From Antedon mediterranea (Eukaryota; Animalia; Echinodermata), in assembly GCF_964355755.1 (NCBI RefSeq), contig NC_092670.1, forward strand, positions 9,786,201 to 9,850,200: a stretch of 64,000 nucleotides of DNA, in the 5' to 3' direction. Shown here one piece after another: positions 43,101-58,100 of this stretch. Numbering within the stretch: the stretch's first letter is position 1; each line of letters opens with the position of its first letter. The notes under the pieces are model-generated. The model did not search any database and was not told the origin of the DNA. It saw only the letters and a program-made list of their open reading frames with translations. Both the position numbers and the translations under genes were made by a program.

Positions 43101-46100
43101 TTGTGTCCTGTGAATGTACTCTTAATACAATAATTATAGTATTCATGCCTTAAGTACGTACACATGGCTCCATAATCATTAACTGTATTATATCAGCTTT
43201 GCAAGATAATGCTTTTGCCAATTAATACTCTATGTATGTTTATTGATCTGGCCCGTGATTCAGGTCATTATGTTGTTGTCACTACTTAAAGATGCACACT
43301 CGCTTCTAAAAAAATACTGATAACATGAACACAACATTATTTGAATCTATCAGTTCAAAGGGCAATACTTTATCAATGAAAACCATGTTAAAAAAAGATT
43401 TACAATTTATAAATGTATACATATGTATAAAATCAAAATCACTGTTGACAAAAAAAATAAAATGTACTTCTGCCGGTTCTGCCCTGTTCTGCACCTCAAC
43501 TCTGTTCTGTTTTGTGCAATCTTTCATTTTTGTCAGATCAGTTGCTGTTTTGAGTTTCAAGTTAGATGGATTTTTTAGGAATTTTTGGTCATTTTTATGA
43601 ATGTTACCAATACATGTATAAATAATAATTGAAATCATAAATGATCAAGTTGAATGGGTGAGTGGTTAAGGGGTGCTGTTATATACTTATAAAGAGCCAA
43701 CAATATTGGCATGGGTTCAAGGCCGACTCGATCCTAGTTCTGATGTTGGAAGAAGTCTTCCCAGATAAGGGCTATAAACCGTATGGCCAGTGTACACTCA
43801 CCCGTGTGCACTTTAAAGACGAGTAAGGGTTACCCTGACTTAACACAAAGAAATGAATAAAATAAAGAGGCTATTCTATTTCTATGATTAAAACATTCCT
43901 ACTTAAATTAGATCAATGTCTTCTTTGCCTAAAAAACAACAAAAGATACAGCAAGTAAATCTTATATCTATGATCAATAATCACTCATAGATGGGATTAT
44001 AACTGGGCCAGTGCATCTGACATGCGCACATATTTTTGCATTATTTAGTATAATGGGAAACGTTGTAATAGAAACGTAAGACAAGAAGCTGGCTTAATAT
44101 CCATCTAGGGACATATTAGCTCTACATTCATTGCATGCAAAAACTTATGAGGAGGACATTTTAAAACAATGTACTATCTTACTATAGATTAGAATATTCT
44201 AAAAATATTATATATATAAAATACGGTTTTACGGTTTTAATGTTCAAATGTAAATAATGATAAAAACAGAGGAAGCCTTAATAAATACAACAAAACAACA
44301 CCTTACATTACAAAAACAACCCCAAATTAAAAAAAATGTCTAGGAACAGAAGAACTTTTTCAGAGAATATCATGCATCTCCACATATTTTAATGATTTTT
44401 GCTCAAAGAAAAATTATGATTCATGAATTAATAAACGGAGGAATTTACAGGCAATATTGAGAATTAATATTGATAATCCTTTTTTATATACATCTTTCAT
44501 ACTAAATAACTACAAAGATAACTCGTAATGTTGGATTGGATAAAAGAATAATAATGTTTTAGACTATAGAACATCAACATCACATGTCACCAGTTTAAAT
44601 TTATTTTTGTAATCAACTAATTGACTTAACAACCACTCAATTCATTATCCAAAAAGCAATAATGCTCCAACACACCATTTGCAAGATTGAAAAGCAATTC
44701 CCTGTTGCTGAAATGGAATAGTCCATAACAACTGCAAACATGGAGGAATATCAATTAGGGTATTGATTGAGAAGGTCGTGGGCATTTCTTCGTTTAGTAG
44801 TTAGTCGTAACACACTGTGCAACGGACACCTTGTTTAGCGTCGACAAAATGCTTGTCCGTAAACAGATACCTTGATAGCCTATTTTAATATTCTAATTTT
44901 ATTTTTGTTTATGTTTTTAACTTTGGATGGATTTCAATTTGCTTCTTTAGTATTAATGGAAATAAGCTGTTTTTTGTATAATTATTCTTGTCTGCCATGA
45001 CCCTGTGGAATTATAAAGCGGGAAAGTTTGTATAGCTATGAGGAGATTTAAGAATAAGTGTCTAAAAAGGAAAAAATGAATGCTGTTAAGAAAAAATTAG
45101 GAATAAAGAAGCAAAGATCGACAGGACCTGACAATGTAAGTATGTTTATAAGAAAATAGAACATACATTTTTGAAAGTTTTAAAATGTTTTTTATAAGGT
45201 TATATCTATCTGTAATAGATATATTACATTCGATAAGTTGCTAGAATAGCATGACGCACCTCTGGTAAACTTTAAAATCCTGATTGCAAGGTGTTTTGTG
45301 ATGATATAAGTAATATACGGGCCTTAAGAGTGACAAAACGTACGATCATCAGTGCATTATATGCGCCAAATTCATTTTGGAATAAACCTCATGAAAATGT
45401 TTACATTTGTTCATTTTTCAATAAATATGTCAAAACTTTATACCGGAGATGTACAGTATTCATCGTATTCATTTATATTTCTTGTTTGAATTAAATATAA
45501 TAAATGAGGGTACGTTTATTGTAAATACATTATATAAAAATAACGCTTAAAAAAGAACGACGTTTCGACTCCAGCGTTGTTTTTATATTATGTATTTAAA
45601 ATATAATAAAGTTACAAAAATTACCATGTGAAGCATTTGACATGATAAGGTCATTATTATAATTTATTGTGCACTGAACCATAACAAGAAATTTGTCTTA
45701 ATTTACTCTTTGATGTTCATCTAAGAAATGAAAGGTTCTACCTCCTCATTCTGCTCGGGTGAAATGTGTACACCCCCAAAGGATTTAACAATTTTAATTA
45801 GCACATTGCGTTTACAGGAAAAAGTCCTGGTGAGGAACACAATTAAGAACCCATAGATAGTGCATATGAATTTTTTATTAGATCTCCTTTTTTGGGATAC
45901 CCTATGTTCAGTGACATCCCTATATAGGATTCTGTGAAATGAACAATGGGAAATATGTTTTTACACTAACTACCAATCCCCATTGACGGGACACCACAAT
46001 ATTTCATCATTTTATGAATATTTGAAGATTTTGACTTAACGATTTCTTACAAGAATAATGAAAAGCGAAAACAGAATGTTAATTTGTATATATAAATATT

Positions 46101-49100
46101 TGTTGATGGATTCAAACATGTACTACAAATGGAGAGAGGCATTATATACCAATAGATACAAGTTTTGGTCCTTTTGTTTGTGTAATATATTATACCATAT
46201 ATGGACAATTGTCTGAAATAAAAGTTGAATTGAATTGAATTATTAAGGGACACTTTCTTGTGTCAATGCAGTGTCCCCCCCCCCCAATATGGGTTCTACG
46301 ACTGTGTTACCATAAACTCAACTTCAAATTTATTAAATTTTTACAATACTTTAAGGTAATCAAATTTTCAATTTTATTATTTTAATACCATTAATTAAAA
46401 AAAAATTATATGTCCTTATTTTATTTTTGCGATCAATCAATCAGACTTGTATCCATAAAAATAATGTTTTAAGTCTTATTTTGAAGGTGTTGACGTTTTC
46501 TGATGTCTTTATGTCTATTGGTAGTGTATCCACAATATGGGTGCTGCACAGGAAAACGCAACAATAATTATCATAACTCGAATATTGTAATTGTAATTTA
46601 CTTATATTGATCATATTTTCAGTAATTTAGTGAATTAACATTATCATAAACAGCAGAATAAGGCACTTCTAAGCTTACCCCTTAGGATAGTATGACTAAC
46701 CTTCTCAATTTCATTATGATATCCTCCAAGCATTGATATTGAAATACACATTCGAAATTCAAGAAAGTGTCCCCTCAATAGGAGTGTCCCCTAAAAAGGG
46801 GATAGCGTCTATTTTTTTCCCTTATTTGTTAGTTTGGATTTCTGTTTTAGGTGTATATACTCATAGGAGTATCCCCTAAAAAGGAGCTAGCTTCTTTTTA
46901 TTCCCCTTGTTTGTTTAAACAAAATTTCGCCTTAATAGAGACCGTGTCCTCTGAATAGGAGGAGTTTGGTTGTTTTAGGTATATTGCATATTTACACAAT
47001 AGTGCTAAGATTCGAAATGATGGCAGGGCTCAGGATGAGGACCACGTCTAGGAAAACATTGGTTAAAGACTATTCCAACAGATATAAAATATCTGAAGAA
47101 TGCCTTAAGATCAGGACATTGATTAATCGATCGAATAGTGACTTTTTAAAAATGTTTTTGTATTTATCATAACAATAGGATAAATGAACAAGTTACTGCA
47201 TATTCATCATTGAAAGAACTTTCTTCAAAATGGGATCCATGGGAAGTTAACAATTTTTTTATAAATAATAAAATGTAGTTTTAAAACATTTTATTATTTG
47301 TAAGGACATTTTCCTGCATTTAATACTATTTATGAATAAATCTATATACGTTTTTCATTATGACGTCATAAAAATGCATTTTGTAAAATTAAGATTTCTT
47401 TAAATTTGAGTTTGTTATTGATGGTTTTTTACTGAAAGAGAGAGAGAGAGAGCATGGCCTTTGAAAAATAACCAAATTGTTCTGAGGACTGTATAACAAA
47501 TAAAAAATTGACATTTCAAAAGCCTGTGTTTCTGTGAAATTTACAATGTTTAGGTCTCAGACATACAAGTGTATGGTAAGAGCCTTTGCCGTAGATCCAT
47601 GATTTAATATAATTGGACTTGCTATTTCTAAGTATTTCGTTTTCTTCTGTGGATCATAAAAATTGTGATCTTTCAGTCCTTTACAAAATAAGAAAATATT
47701 TATCATTGTCGTCATCACCATCATCATCATCATCATTCCTTCAGCCTTATTTTCCCTGAGCTCCTTCGAGTTCTGTTTCATTTTGGAGTTTCAAAGTTCT
47801 GGAGAAGAAGATCAGAGAAAAATGGTTCCTAACATGATTTGTATGCTGGGATTTCTGGCTTGTGATGGGTTATAGAGAAATTCATTGTCACTTTGGAATT
47901 CCCAGACTTTATGTTGAAAATATCAATTAATCCTTTACCTTATTTAAGGGAACACTTTCCTATAGAATGAACACAGGGGGAGTGGGAAGGAGAAATATAT
48001 AATACAACATCCCTATTAAGGGGATACTATGTTGTGTCCCAAAGTCTGAATAGCTGAATTGCACACAGGTGTGGACAACACAACTTTCTTCTCCTCTAAT
48101 TAAGGGTCACTTCGTTTATACAGCTATCATCAATCAACATTCATTCTTCTACAAAGGTGTTTCATGAAGCTCCCAAATGTATCCTTAGGCAAGATACTTT
48201 ACTTACGTTTGCCTCTCTCTGGGAACCCGGTTCGACCATGACACAACTTTGCGCTGATTACTAGCTGCATTATGGGAGTATGTTTCCATAGGTTTTTGAT
48301 CCAAAAAAAATGACTGGGTTAATAATGTTCAGCGCTTAGAGGTTTCACAACATTAGGCTCTATATAAATCCAGGATATTATTATTATTATCTTACTATAA
48401 TTATGTATTGTTTTTATTAATTTGATGCATTATTGAATAAATAAATGTTTTTGAAATGAATGAAATGAAAAAGAGCTTCTACTGTATGTATTATTTTTTT
48501 TTTGTAAATGTTTTAAAAGTTTGTTTCTTTATGAACAAATGAAACTAAAAACTACGTATTAAATCATGTTATTACCAAAATCCAAAGTGTTAAATCATAT
48601 TAATAATAATGAGTACACCGCGGAATGTAAACAAGATCAAACACGTAAAGGTGTTTCAAGTAATTATGCCACACTTGGTTCATTATTCTACTAGGCTTAA
48701 GAGCAAGATAGGTATTTATCGTGAGTTGAAACATGACACTAAGCATCGTGAAAAGATCAATAATGGCAAATAATGGGGCTACTAAGATTGTTGCCACTCC
48801 GTAGTATTATGAATAGGTGAATTGCCGATGCAAGCAGAGGTAATCAATTATCAATATTCATTTATACTATTGTGTTTGTTTATTGTCTTTACAGTTCAAC
48901 AAAAATATAATTATCTCTTGCCCTTTATGTACTTTCTGGCATTTGAATATTTTTACCTGAATGTTAAAATCAGAGATTGTACCTAAATTATATCTGATTC
49001 GTTGTGTTATCTTAATTTGGTCAGTATCTTGGCAAAGTTCTGCGATACAGTGTCACATGCTTGTCACATATGACATGTTTATATGAATTATTTTAAGGGT

Positions 49101-52100
49101 AGGTTAATTTACCTATTTAGGAATTTTTTTAATATAAAATTATGATATTTGTGTATGACACCAAGAAAATCATCTATTGACATCCATTGTATGTTCTTAC
49201 TGCAAAGCAATACCCATACTCTTCAATCAATTAATTGATCAATCAATATACTAATCAACCAAATTAGACATTTATTTTCTTCTTCTTCAAAACAAAAATT
49301 GTACAATTGTAGGTATAAATACAGTGTTATCAAATAATTTATGTTAAACCGATGTGAAATTGAGAAAACCATAGCGTAAAAGAAGAAGGCAAATGCCTAA
49401 GATGATATAAATCAATTGTGTTGAGCAAAACCTGGACAAAAGAAACAGAAAAGAAAACAGACTAGAGAAATTCATTCAATGATCAACAACATAAAATTGT
49501 TGTAGAATATGTTTATCATATAGTGTAACTTGAAATAAAGACAGGACAAATTTGAGATAAATTTGTCTCATTATTTGGAGTAACAAAATTATTCAGAGGA
49601 TCTTCTTCTGTTGTTTATCATTTTGTACGATTTTTTTTGTTTAAAAGGAAAAGTTCAAACCCTTTATTTTTATTGTCATTCCACAAGTGTCACAGTCTGT
49701 TAAATTACCATTGTCATCCTGAAACAAAGCTTAATATTGTCAAGGCTCAAGTACAGTAACTTGGCCAATGATATGCATGCCAAAAAAGTACAGTATAGTA
49801 ATTAGACCTAAATCAGGATCATTTAAATATAATTAAATAAATACTATCGAATGCAAATACCATTTTTTGTTAACAACACATGTACGATATTAATTCTATG
49901 TACAAATGTGTTGTTTGGAAACTGCCTTCAGTAGCTTAATTAAAAATATATATCTGGTGACTTGTGTCTGACGGTAGATGTAGTCTCCAATAACTTTATA
50001 ATTAAATGATGTGATCAGATACTTTTGTGTAAATAAAGTGGTTTGTCATGATTCATGAGAGTGCAAATAGATATAGATAAACCCTAATAGTGTACTACTA
50101 GCTAGAGTAGGCTGTTTGCAGATGAAGATATTGTAATAATGTAGAAACTATATATCACAGTCCACAAACAATGCGCTGTGGACTGTAAATGTTACACTTT
50201 TCTACATGCTTCTCCCCTAAAAATCACATAACATTATTTCCTCCATCCACGACAGTGGCTGTGTGATCTAGTGCACCGGGGTAATCTCCTACTCGTCTTG
50301 AAAATTGTACTGGTTCTTTAAAGTACACATGATCATTTTGTATTTGTACACTGATTTATGATTTATAGTCTTTATCCAAGAAGACTAATTCTACCACCAG
50401 AACCATGCAGTGAGTGAGCCTATGGACCTGAATCAATTGGGTTTTTAAAACCTTATTTAAAATCTTTTTATAAAGGACCAGTATTTAGCAAAAAACAATA
50501 CTGTTATTTTAAAATACAATATCTAAATCTATATTCCCTTGGTCTGTAGAAACAGGCCCTGTGTGCAGTCACAAGTTGGACTTTTATATAATACACACAC
50601 ATGTTTAAATAATGAATTACAACAGTTGAGCACAGTGAGTTCATCATTTTTTTTTGTATTCAAACATTAAAAATTAAAATTTCCATGATTTATCCAATTT
50701 CTCTTCTGCGCTAACACTTCGCTAGAAGTATTACAGTATGCATTCATACAACAATTATAAAAACATTAAGGATTGGTCTCTACATAAATTTGAAAAATGC
50801 TGCTCGTTGCCATGACGAACGTGTTTAATTGGTAGGATGTGCAGCTATATTTGTGTCCATGGAAATTATCATTTTGACTTGCAGTTGTTTCCCGATTTAA
50901 TATAAATGATTGAAACTATAGTGTTTACCAGGTGTATAGTGTATATAACATAAAGACTGGATGAATATTAAGTATATATAATATATAAATCAAAAGGCAT
51001 AAAAAAAACAATCTGTCAGTAAACAAATAGAAATTGCAAAGAGCTATGATTGAGACTAGTGTTTAGCACCAGGTGTATAGTATATACAGCATAAAGACTG
51101 GATGAATATTAAGTATATAATGTATCAAGGCATAAAAATAATAACAATGCTGTCAGTATACAAATAAAAATTTCAACAAGATAAATGATTGAGACTTGTA
51201 TAGCACCAGGTGTATAGTATATACAGCATAAAGACTGGATGAATATTAAGTATATAATTTATAAATCAAAAGGTAAAAAAATGATATAAATATCAGTAGC
51301 TGGATATCAATGGAGACACAAATAAAATAAGCAAAAGCTAGATCAAAACAATGAAGTAAAACATCCAAAATAAATTTGCAGAGCTTTTGTTTCCATTTGC
51401 TTGAAAGAATTTGAAATGATTAAAAACATTCGCAGAAAAATATATTCATTCCTTCCTATTCGGTCATAGTATACTAAAAAAAATGACATAAATTAATACA
51501 TAACTAACTAACTAACTAACTAATAGTAATACATAATCTTTCAACAACTTCACTGGCTTCCCCTTTCTGACCATCTCAAATTCAAATTTTTTTGCCAAGT
51601 GTTTCCAAAACTCTGCCCCTTCCTATATCCATTATCAACTTTGATGTTGTCTCCGCTCATTCACTTATAAACTCACCCTTAAAGCCGTAACTTAAAAGTT
51701 TAAATCTGTTCTCAAAGACCTTTTTGGTAAAGCATCTCAAAAATATTCAAATTTTGATTGGTCTAAAATGTTATCCTTCTTGACTGTTATTCCGTACATT
51801 TTTATTTTATATCAATTCACAATCAACAGCAGCATTTACAGACTGGAATACACAAGAAACACAAGGCAAAAAAGATCGTCGTCATGGTCCACAAGAACCA
51901 TTTACAAACATTTCTTAATTTTGGATTTAAAAGACAATTAAAGAAAATATCAATTAGTGGAGTCAAAGGCTATATGAATTAAGTAATCTCGGTAATCTAC
52001 AAGTAAATCCGTTTTAAAGAAAAGTATAGAACATGTATAGTTATGTAATAATAGTTGCTGTCCAACCGATTTTGAAGAATACCATGAAAGCTACAGTGGT

Positions 52101-55100
52101 CTATAAGGCATCTGCATATGAAGCAGAACTTTAAATTAATTTTCAGTATATCACCAGGCTGTTTAAAATTTGTACTGTGCCTTTTAATTTAAAAAGTAAT
52201 ATTAATGTATATTTTCTAGACTGAGTCATCCAGAAATCATCTAGTGAAGTGATTCATATTCTCGAGAAAATTCCAACAAAATTAAAAAATCATTGATTTT
52301 ATTCTTGCATTGAGCCTTAAGTTAAACTTTGTTATACACAACCGAAATTAAATATTTTTACAATTATACTTTATGCATTTGACAATATTTTTTGTGTAAA
52401 GGCGACACTCGCTCATATCATCTAGATGACCTGGGATATTGGTGACCTACATTATGTTTTGACGGGAAAATTGTTATAATATGGTATTAAATATTTTTCA
52501 GGTGCTGTCACTAGGTCCGGAAGTCCTTCCAGAATATAAACTCCAATCGCCTCGTATACACAAGTGGACAATTCTACACTATTCACCTTTTAAAGCCGTT
52601 TGGGACTGGATCATTCTACTGCTTGTCATTTACACTGCGATCGTTACGCCGTACGTAGCCGTCTTTCTTCTCAGCGAAGAAGCAAGTGTGGACCAGAAGG
52701 CCAATTCAGAGACATCGAACAATGAAAATTCTGGGAATTATAAAGACCCTTTAGTGATTATAGATCTGATAGTTGATATAATGTTCATTATTGATATATT
52801 AATAAACTTCCGGACTACCTATGTGAATAAGAACGATGAAGTGGTCTCGCACCCCGGTAAGATTGCGGTTCATTATTTTAAAGGATGGTTTCTCATTGAT
52901 GTCGTAGCGGCAATACCCTTCGATCTTCTTCTTTTTCAAACTAGTAATAAAGAGGTGAGTAGTAGCATTTATCTTGTTCTTATTATTTTATGAAATGATA
53001 ATAACAAATCAAGTTATAAAATCGTTTATTGGCCAGGATTTTTACAGGGATTATTTTTTTCCACAAAAAGCAAAAACCAAAATTACCCAATCATATCCTA
53101 TATCATTATCCTACAATTATCTTTATCAATCTCATCATCACCTATGTACAATCACTATTACCGCACCATTATCAACTGGAACTACTGTATTTTGTATAAT
53201 TTCTGAGCATCTCTATGTTAAAGCTTACCATACCAGATAAAAACAAATTTACACCATTCACTTTTGAAAATTTGCTATTCAAACTTTGGCATATTTGATT
53301 CCACAAAGTTTTAGTATAACCCCACTATTATAGAATTTACTAATCCTTTCAAAATTATGTAAAACTAAATCTATGGAAAATATGGCATGGAAAATATTTT
53401 ATGCTCATGTTAAGGAACTTGACGGCACAGTTTTATCTTCATCATTGTACTTTTTTGGAGACACTTTGGCAGCTTGTAGATTGAGCTATCTATTTTGTAT
53501 AGTTTTTGTGCACTCAAGTGTCCCATCATTTAGTCACGCTAAACTCAGCATGGCTCAATTAATGGATTATCTCATTAATATTCATTACTTTGAATTTTAA
53601 TTTTCATTTTCCAAATTTCAACAAATTAACCGTAACTTCAGTGACAGAAAAATGTAGTAGCATTATTTTTAACTTTTAAATTTTATAAATGTTAAAGCTC
53701 TTTGTATGGGTAACAAATAATGTCCCAAAAGTGATGTACAAATTGGGAAGGAAATTGTGCAAACAGGCTGTTCAAAGGAAGATATTTTATAAAAACTATA
53801 CTGTACTACATTTCAATTAATTACTACCGCGATTATTAAATGTTTGTTATTAGTTCATATGAGGCTAATTTTTCATTTATTAGTGAATTATTCATTTTTG
53901 AATTATTTTGTTCATCTGTTCATCCCTTTCGTCATTTATCATGCATCATTATCATCCTTCTTATTTTTTCCTATTCCTACTTTCCTCCTTCTGCTCTTTT
54001 TCTTCTCTTCCTCTCTTTTTTCCTTCTTTTCCTTTTTCCTTCTCTTCCCTTTTTGCTGATTTTCCCCTACTATTCCTATCTTTTCTCCTTTTTTTTCCTG
54101 TTATTTTTCCTTCTCTTTTTCCTCTTCTTTTTCAAATTTTCTCATTTTCCTATTTTCTTATTTTCCTTCATGCTCTTTTTCCTCCTTTTTTCATATTTTC
54201 TCCCTTACCGGTTTTCTTCTTTTTCTCCTGCTGTTTTTCCTCTTTCTCTTTTTTTCCTTCTTTTTTTCCTTCTCTTTTTCCTCTTCTTTTTCTATTTTCT
54301 TCTTTTCCTCCTCTTCTTTTTCATATTTTCTTCTTTTCCTCCTTTTTTTTCCTGATTTCCTCTTCTTTTCCTTCTCATTTTCCTCTTTTTCTTTTCTTCT
54401 CTTTTCCCTCTTTTTCTCCCTTCTCTTTTCCCACATCTTTTACTTTCTTCTCTTTTTCCTCATCATCACCATAATTATTAACATCATCAGTATCATCTCC
54501 ATTCAACTCATAAACATTCATAATTGGTATATTGATATACATTCCAATAGTTATTGGCAATAAAATTCTTGACAGCCCCTATTTTATAAAATATTTGGTT
54601 TGAGACTTTACACTAGTTGAGTTTTGTACCGATTTTAATATCCAATCTTTCTTTTCCAAACACTTATTCCTATGTGACATTATGTGTGCATTGATGCATG
54701 GTTCTATACATTATTAAATGTAATCGAAGCATGAATGCTTATGGCCCATGTGACTAATCAACGCATGATTTCCGTATCCATGCATACTAGAGTATGTTCG
54801 TGGTCCTCGTGGGCTTACCGGTTTGCTGTTGCGTAATGAATGACCTGACTCGTACATTGTACATTTATTGATGGATATCTCACTTTTGAAATGATTAATT
54901 GATTTGGTATATTATATAGAATATGATGTCACTTAACAAATTAGCTAAGTTCTCCAACAATACAATACAACAAGCACCACCCACAATTTGAGTGATTAAA
55001 TTTAAATACATCATGTCATTATCATACAGTATTATCATTTTAACACTGTATCATGAGAACGATATGGCGGTAACAGACCTGTCCACATAGATGTGTACAA

Positions 55101-58100
55101 CACACAAGCCACATTTGCTTGATGAGCGAGTGAGTTGGCGAGCGGTTAAGAAATGTAATTAAATAAATATTAACATTGTCAAGGGTTCACTTACTCCATG
55201 GTTCTGGTGGTGGTGGTAGAGCGAATCTTCTCAGATAAGGACTATAAAGCGATTGTCAAGAAGGCACATCTGACTCATGTGCACTTTAAAGAACCTTTTC
55301 AAGAGAGTAGGGGGTTACCCAGTGTACTAGTTCACACACATCCACTGTCACACACATTCACTCATCATAGTTCAGTACACAGGCCCTGAGTATTTATAAA
55401 GAATTTAAATAAATTGTTACACTGTTCATGGTTACGCTGGTCATGGTAGGCACTGTACTTTATAGGTCCATGTGGACCTAATCTGAATGTTGTCAGTTTC
55501 TAAATAAACTGAGGAAAATTAATATATATAATTCAGCTATGATAATATATCTCTAGACATAATTCAGTCAACCCTCTCAGAAGGCCTCAAAGAATTTTGA
55601 AAAATTAGGTTGCCATTCAGGAAACCAATTACTGCAATTTAGTTGCCCCAAAACAATTTTTACCTGCCCATTTTTTTAATCTATTGTATACCTTTGAATG
55701 AAATGTCATAATTTGATGTGAACACTATACAATGAAATGTCATAATTTGATGTGAACACTATACAATGAAATGTCATAATTTGATGTGAACACTATACAA
55801 TGAAATGTCATAATTTGATGTGAACACTATACAATGAAATGTCATAATTTGATGTGAACACTATACAATGAAATGTCATAATTTGATGTGAACACTATAC
55901 AATGAAATGTCATAATTTGATGTGAACACTATACAATGAAATGTCATAATTTGATGTGAACACTATACAATGGAATCAATATCATGTAACTCACAAACGA
56001 TTCCAAGTGTTCATTGTGCAATTCATTCTCTTAACCCTTAGGTTAAATGTGTAACACTCTTAACGTGTTTCACACAATACGTCCTTTATATTTTTACCTT
56101 CTTTGATACATACGTTATTGACTGATAATTTAGATGTATTGTGGTGTTCCTTATTATGATCCTTCACAAAACAATAGGTATTGATTAAGTTATTTTACCA
56201 TGAAATTGACTTCAGAATACTGATGTAGTTTCATCTTTATTAGCTTTACAAAAAAAAATTATTTATTTAATATCTACACTATAAAAAAATGAAGATAATA
56301 ATTTAAATTAAGTAAAGATATACTGAATTATCAGATGCCATGTGAAAGTTATTCTACTGAAAAAAAAAAATTCTTTTTCATAATTTGATCAAAGTTAGAT
56401 ATACTTCTGTATTTACAATATTTGCGTATATAGTACTTAAAGGAATCTGGATTTGACTAGGTAATCTACCCTCTTAAATGAAAGTGCTTATTTAAAACGT
56501 AAGTATAACAAAAATAATAAAAGAAATATGGAACATAGGGGATCTATTATTATTAGTTTTTTCCCTGCACCTGGCCTTTAATAAATTTACTGATAGATAT
56601 CTAGAATAATGCCGACTGACTTATTGGTGATAATTGGCACTTTTAATTTGGGGTCATAGTGACGCAAACATCGGCTAATAATAAGATGACTATTTTTAGA
56701 AATTGATTTGACAATAGTTAAGATATTGATCACAAGTGATGATCTATATATATAGTTTATCACTGGCATCGTTTGGAGTGTTGCCTGTCAAATTATATAC
56801 ACCATCAATTATATCTATAATTGTTTAAGAGACATTGATTGTATTAACATTATATTTAATCTGTATTGTATTCGATTCTCCTAAGGATATGAATATAAAG
56901 CAGAATGAACAATGTTCTATGAAATTATTATTATCCCCCATAACATGAGTTTTTATTCCGCATATTTAAAATATATAAATTAACAGGCACAGGATAAATT
57001 GTTAACTGCCCGGTAATATACTGAAAATTAATTTTAAACGATAAAGATAAAGAAATCTGTGAGATTAAGAAAAATTCTTGCCAACCGAGATTCAAACTCA
57101 AAACCTTTTGCTTCATAAGCAAAATGTCCTATTAGATCAATAGGGCTTTTATAATATTTTTTAAAAATTTGATTGGATAGTAACTCTTTAATAACATCGA
57201 CATGGTACATTGAAACAGCACTAGCCTTCAATTGCACACATGCGCAACAAACAAATTGATACGGCTAAATCATTCAGTACAGTATATTAATTCACGAAGA
57301 GCAATCTCCGAATATTATTATACACATTAGGCATACAAAAAAGTCTAAACTGCCTGGTGATATATTGATTTTTAAACATGGAGCACAAACATGATAAAAA
57401 TGGAAGCGTGTTCCCCTCTCTCGCTAAATCTGCCCCTAATAAAAATATTTAAACTGAATTAATTAATATGATTAAAATGAGAAGAAATTCTTTATTTCCA
57501 ATAGCGCTAAATGTTTATAGCACTCCGACGTTGTGATGAAAGCTATGATATACGATACAATATCTATAATGAACATTATGGCTATAATTCTGCATATTAT
57601 TTGAGCAATTTTATTTGGTCAATAATTACTTTAAGCATGGCCATTATGTCATTAATTCCAAATAGCTCAAAGCTTTGAAACGAGTAACAAAATCCATTAT
57701 AGTAACATCAATATCTAAATGCATTTCTAACACACAATCATAACAGGTCAACCAAATTCAATTTATCATTATCTAATAGAAATTATATAATATTAATATT
57801 AAAAGTAGTCATATTATATTAAAAATAATAAATAAGTATCGTAAGCCCGGCTGATCAACAAATTAAAGTTGTTGGTGTTTAAAAGAATATGTCTGACAGG
57901 TTATACCGTAAACATCTAATAGTATACACTGTGGTTCTCACAAACTTTCTGTACCCCAATGAATATGTCATGTATATGTAGTGTGGGATAGTAACACATG
58001 ACCAGCCAGCTGGGTTAAATTGCGCACAGGACGTGTGGACAACACAGACAATAACTTTCATCTTTCCTAAAGCGTACTGGCTCCAAAAAGCAACACAACA

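Noticed and set aside
48828-48845. Second possible alternative first exon ATGCAAGCAGAG|gtaatc (MQAE, phase 0)
   Set aside because: Only four codons and a moderate donor; cannot be distinguished from chance without transcripts.
53840-54560. Long hydrophobic and K/E-rich ORFs
   Set aside because: Artefacts of the polypyrimidine tract.
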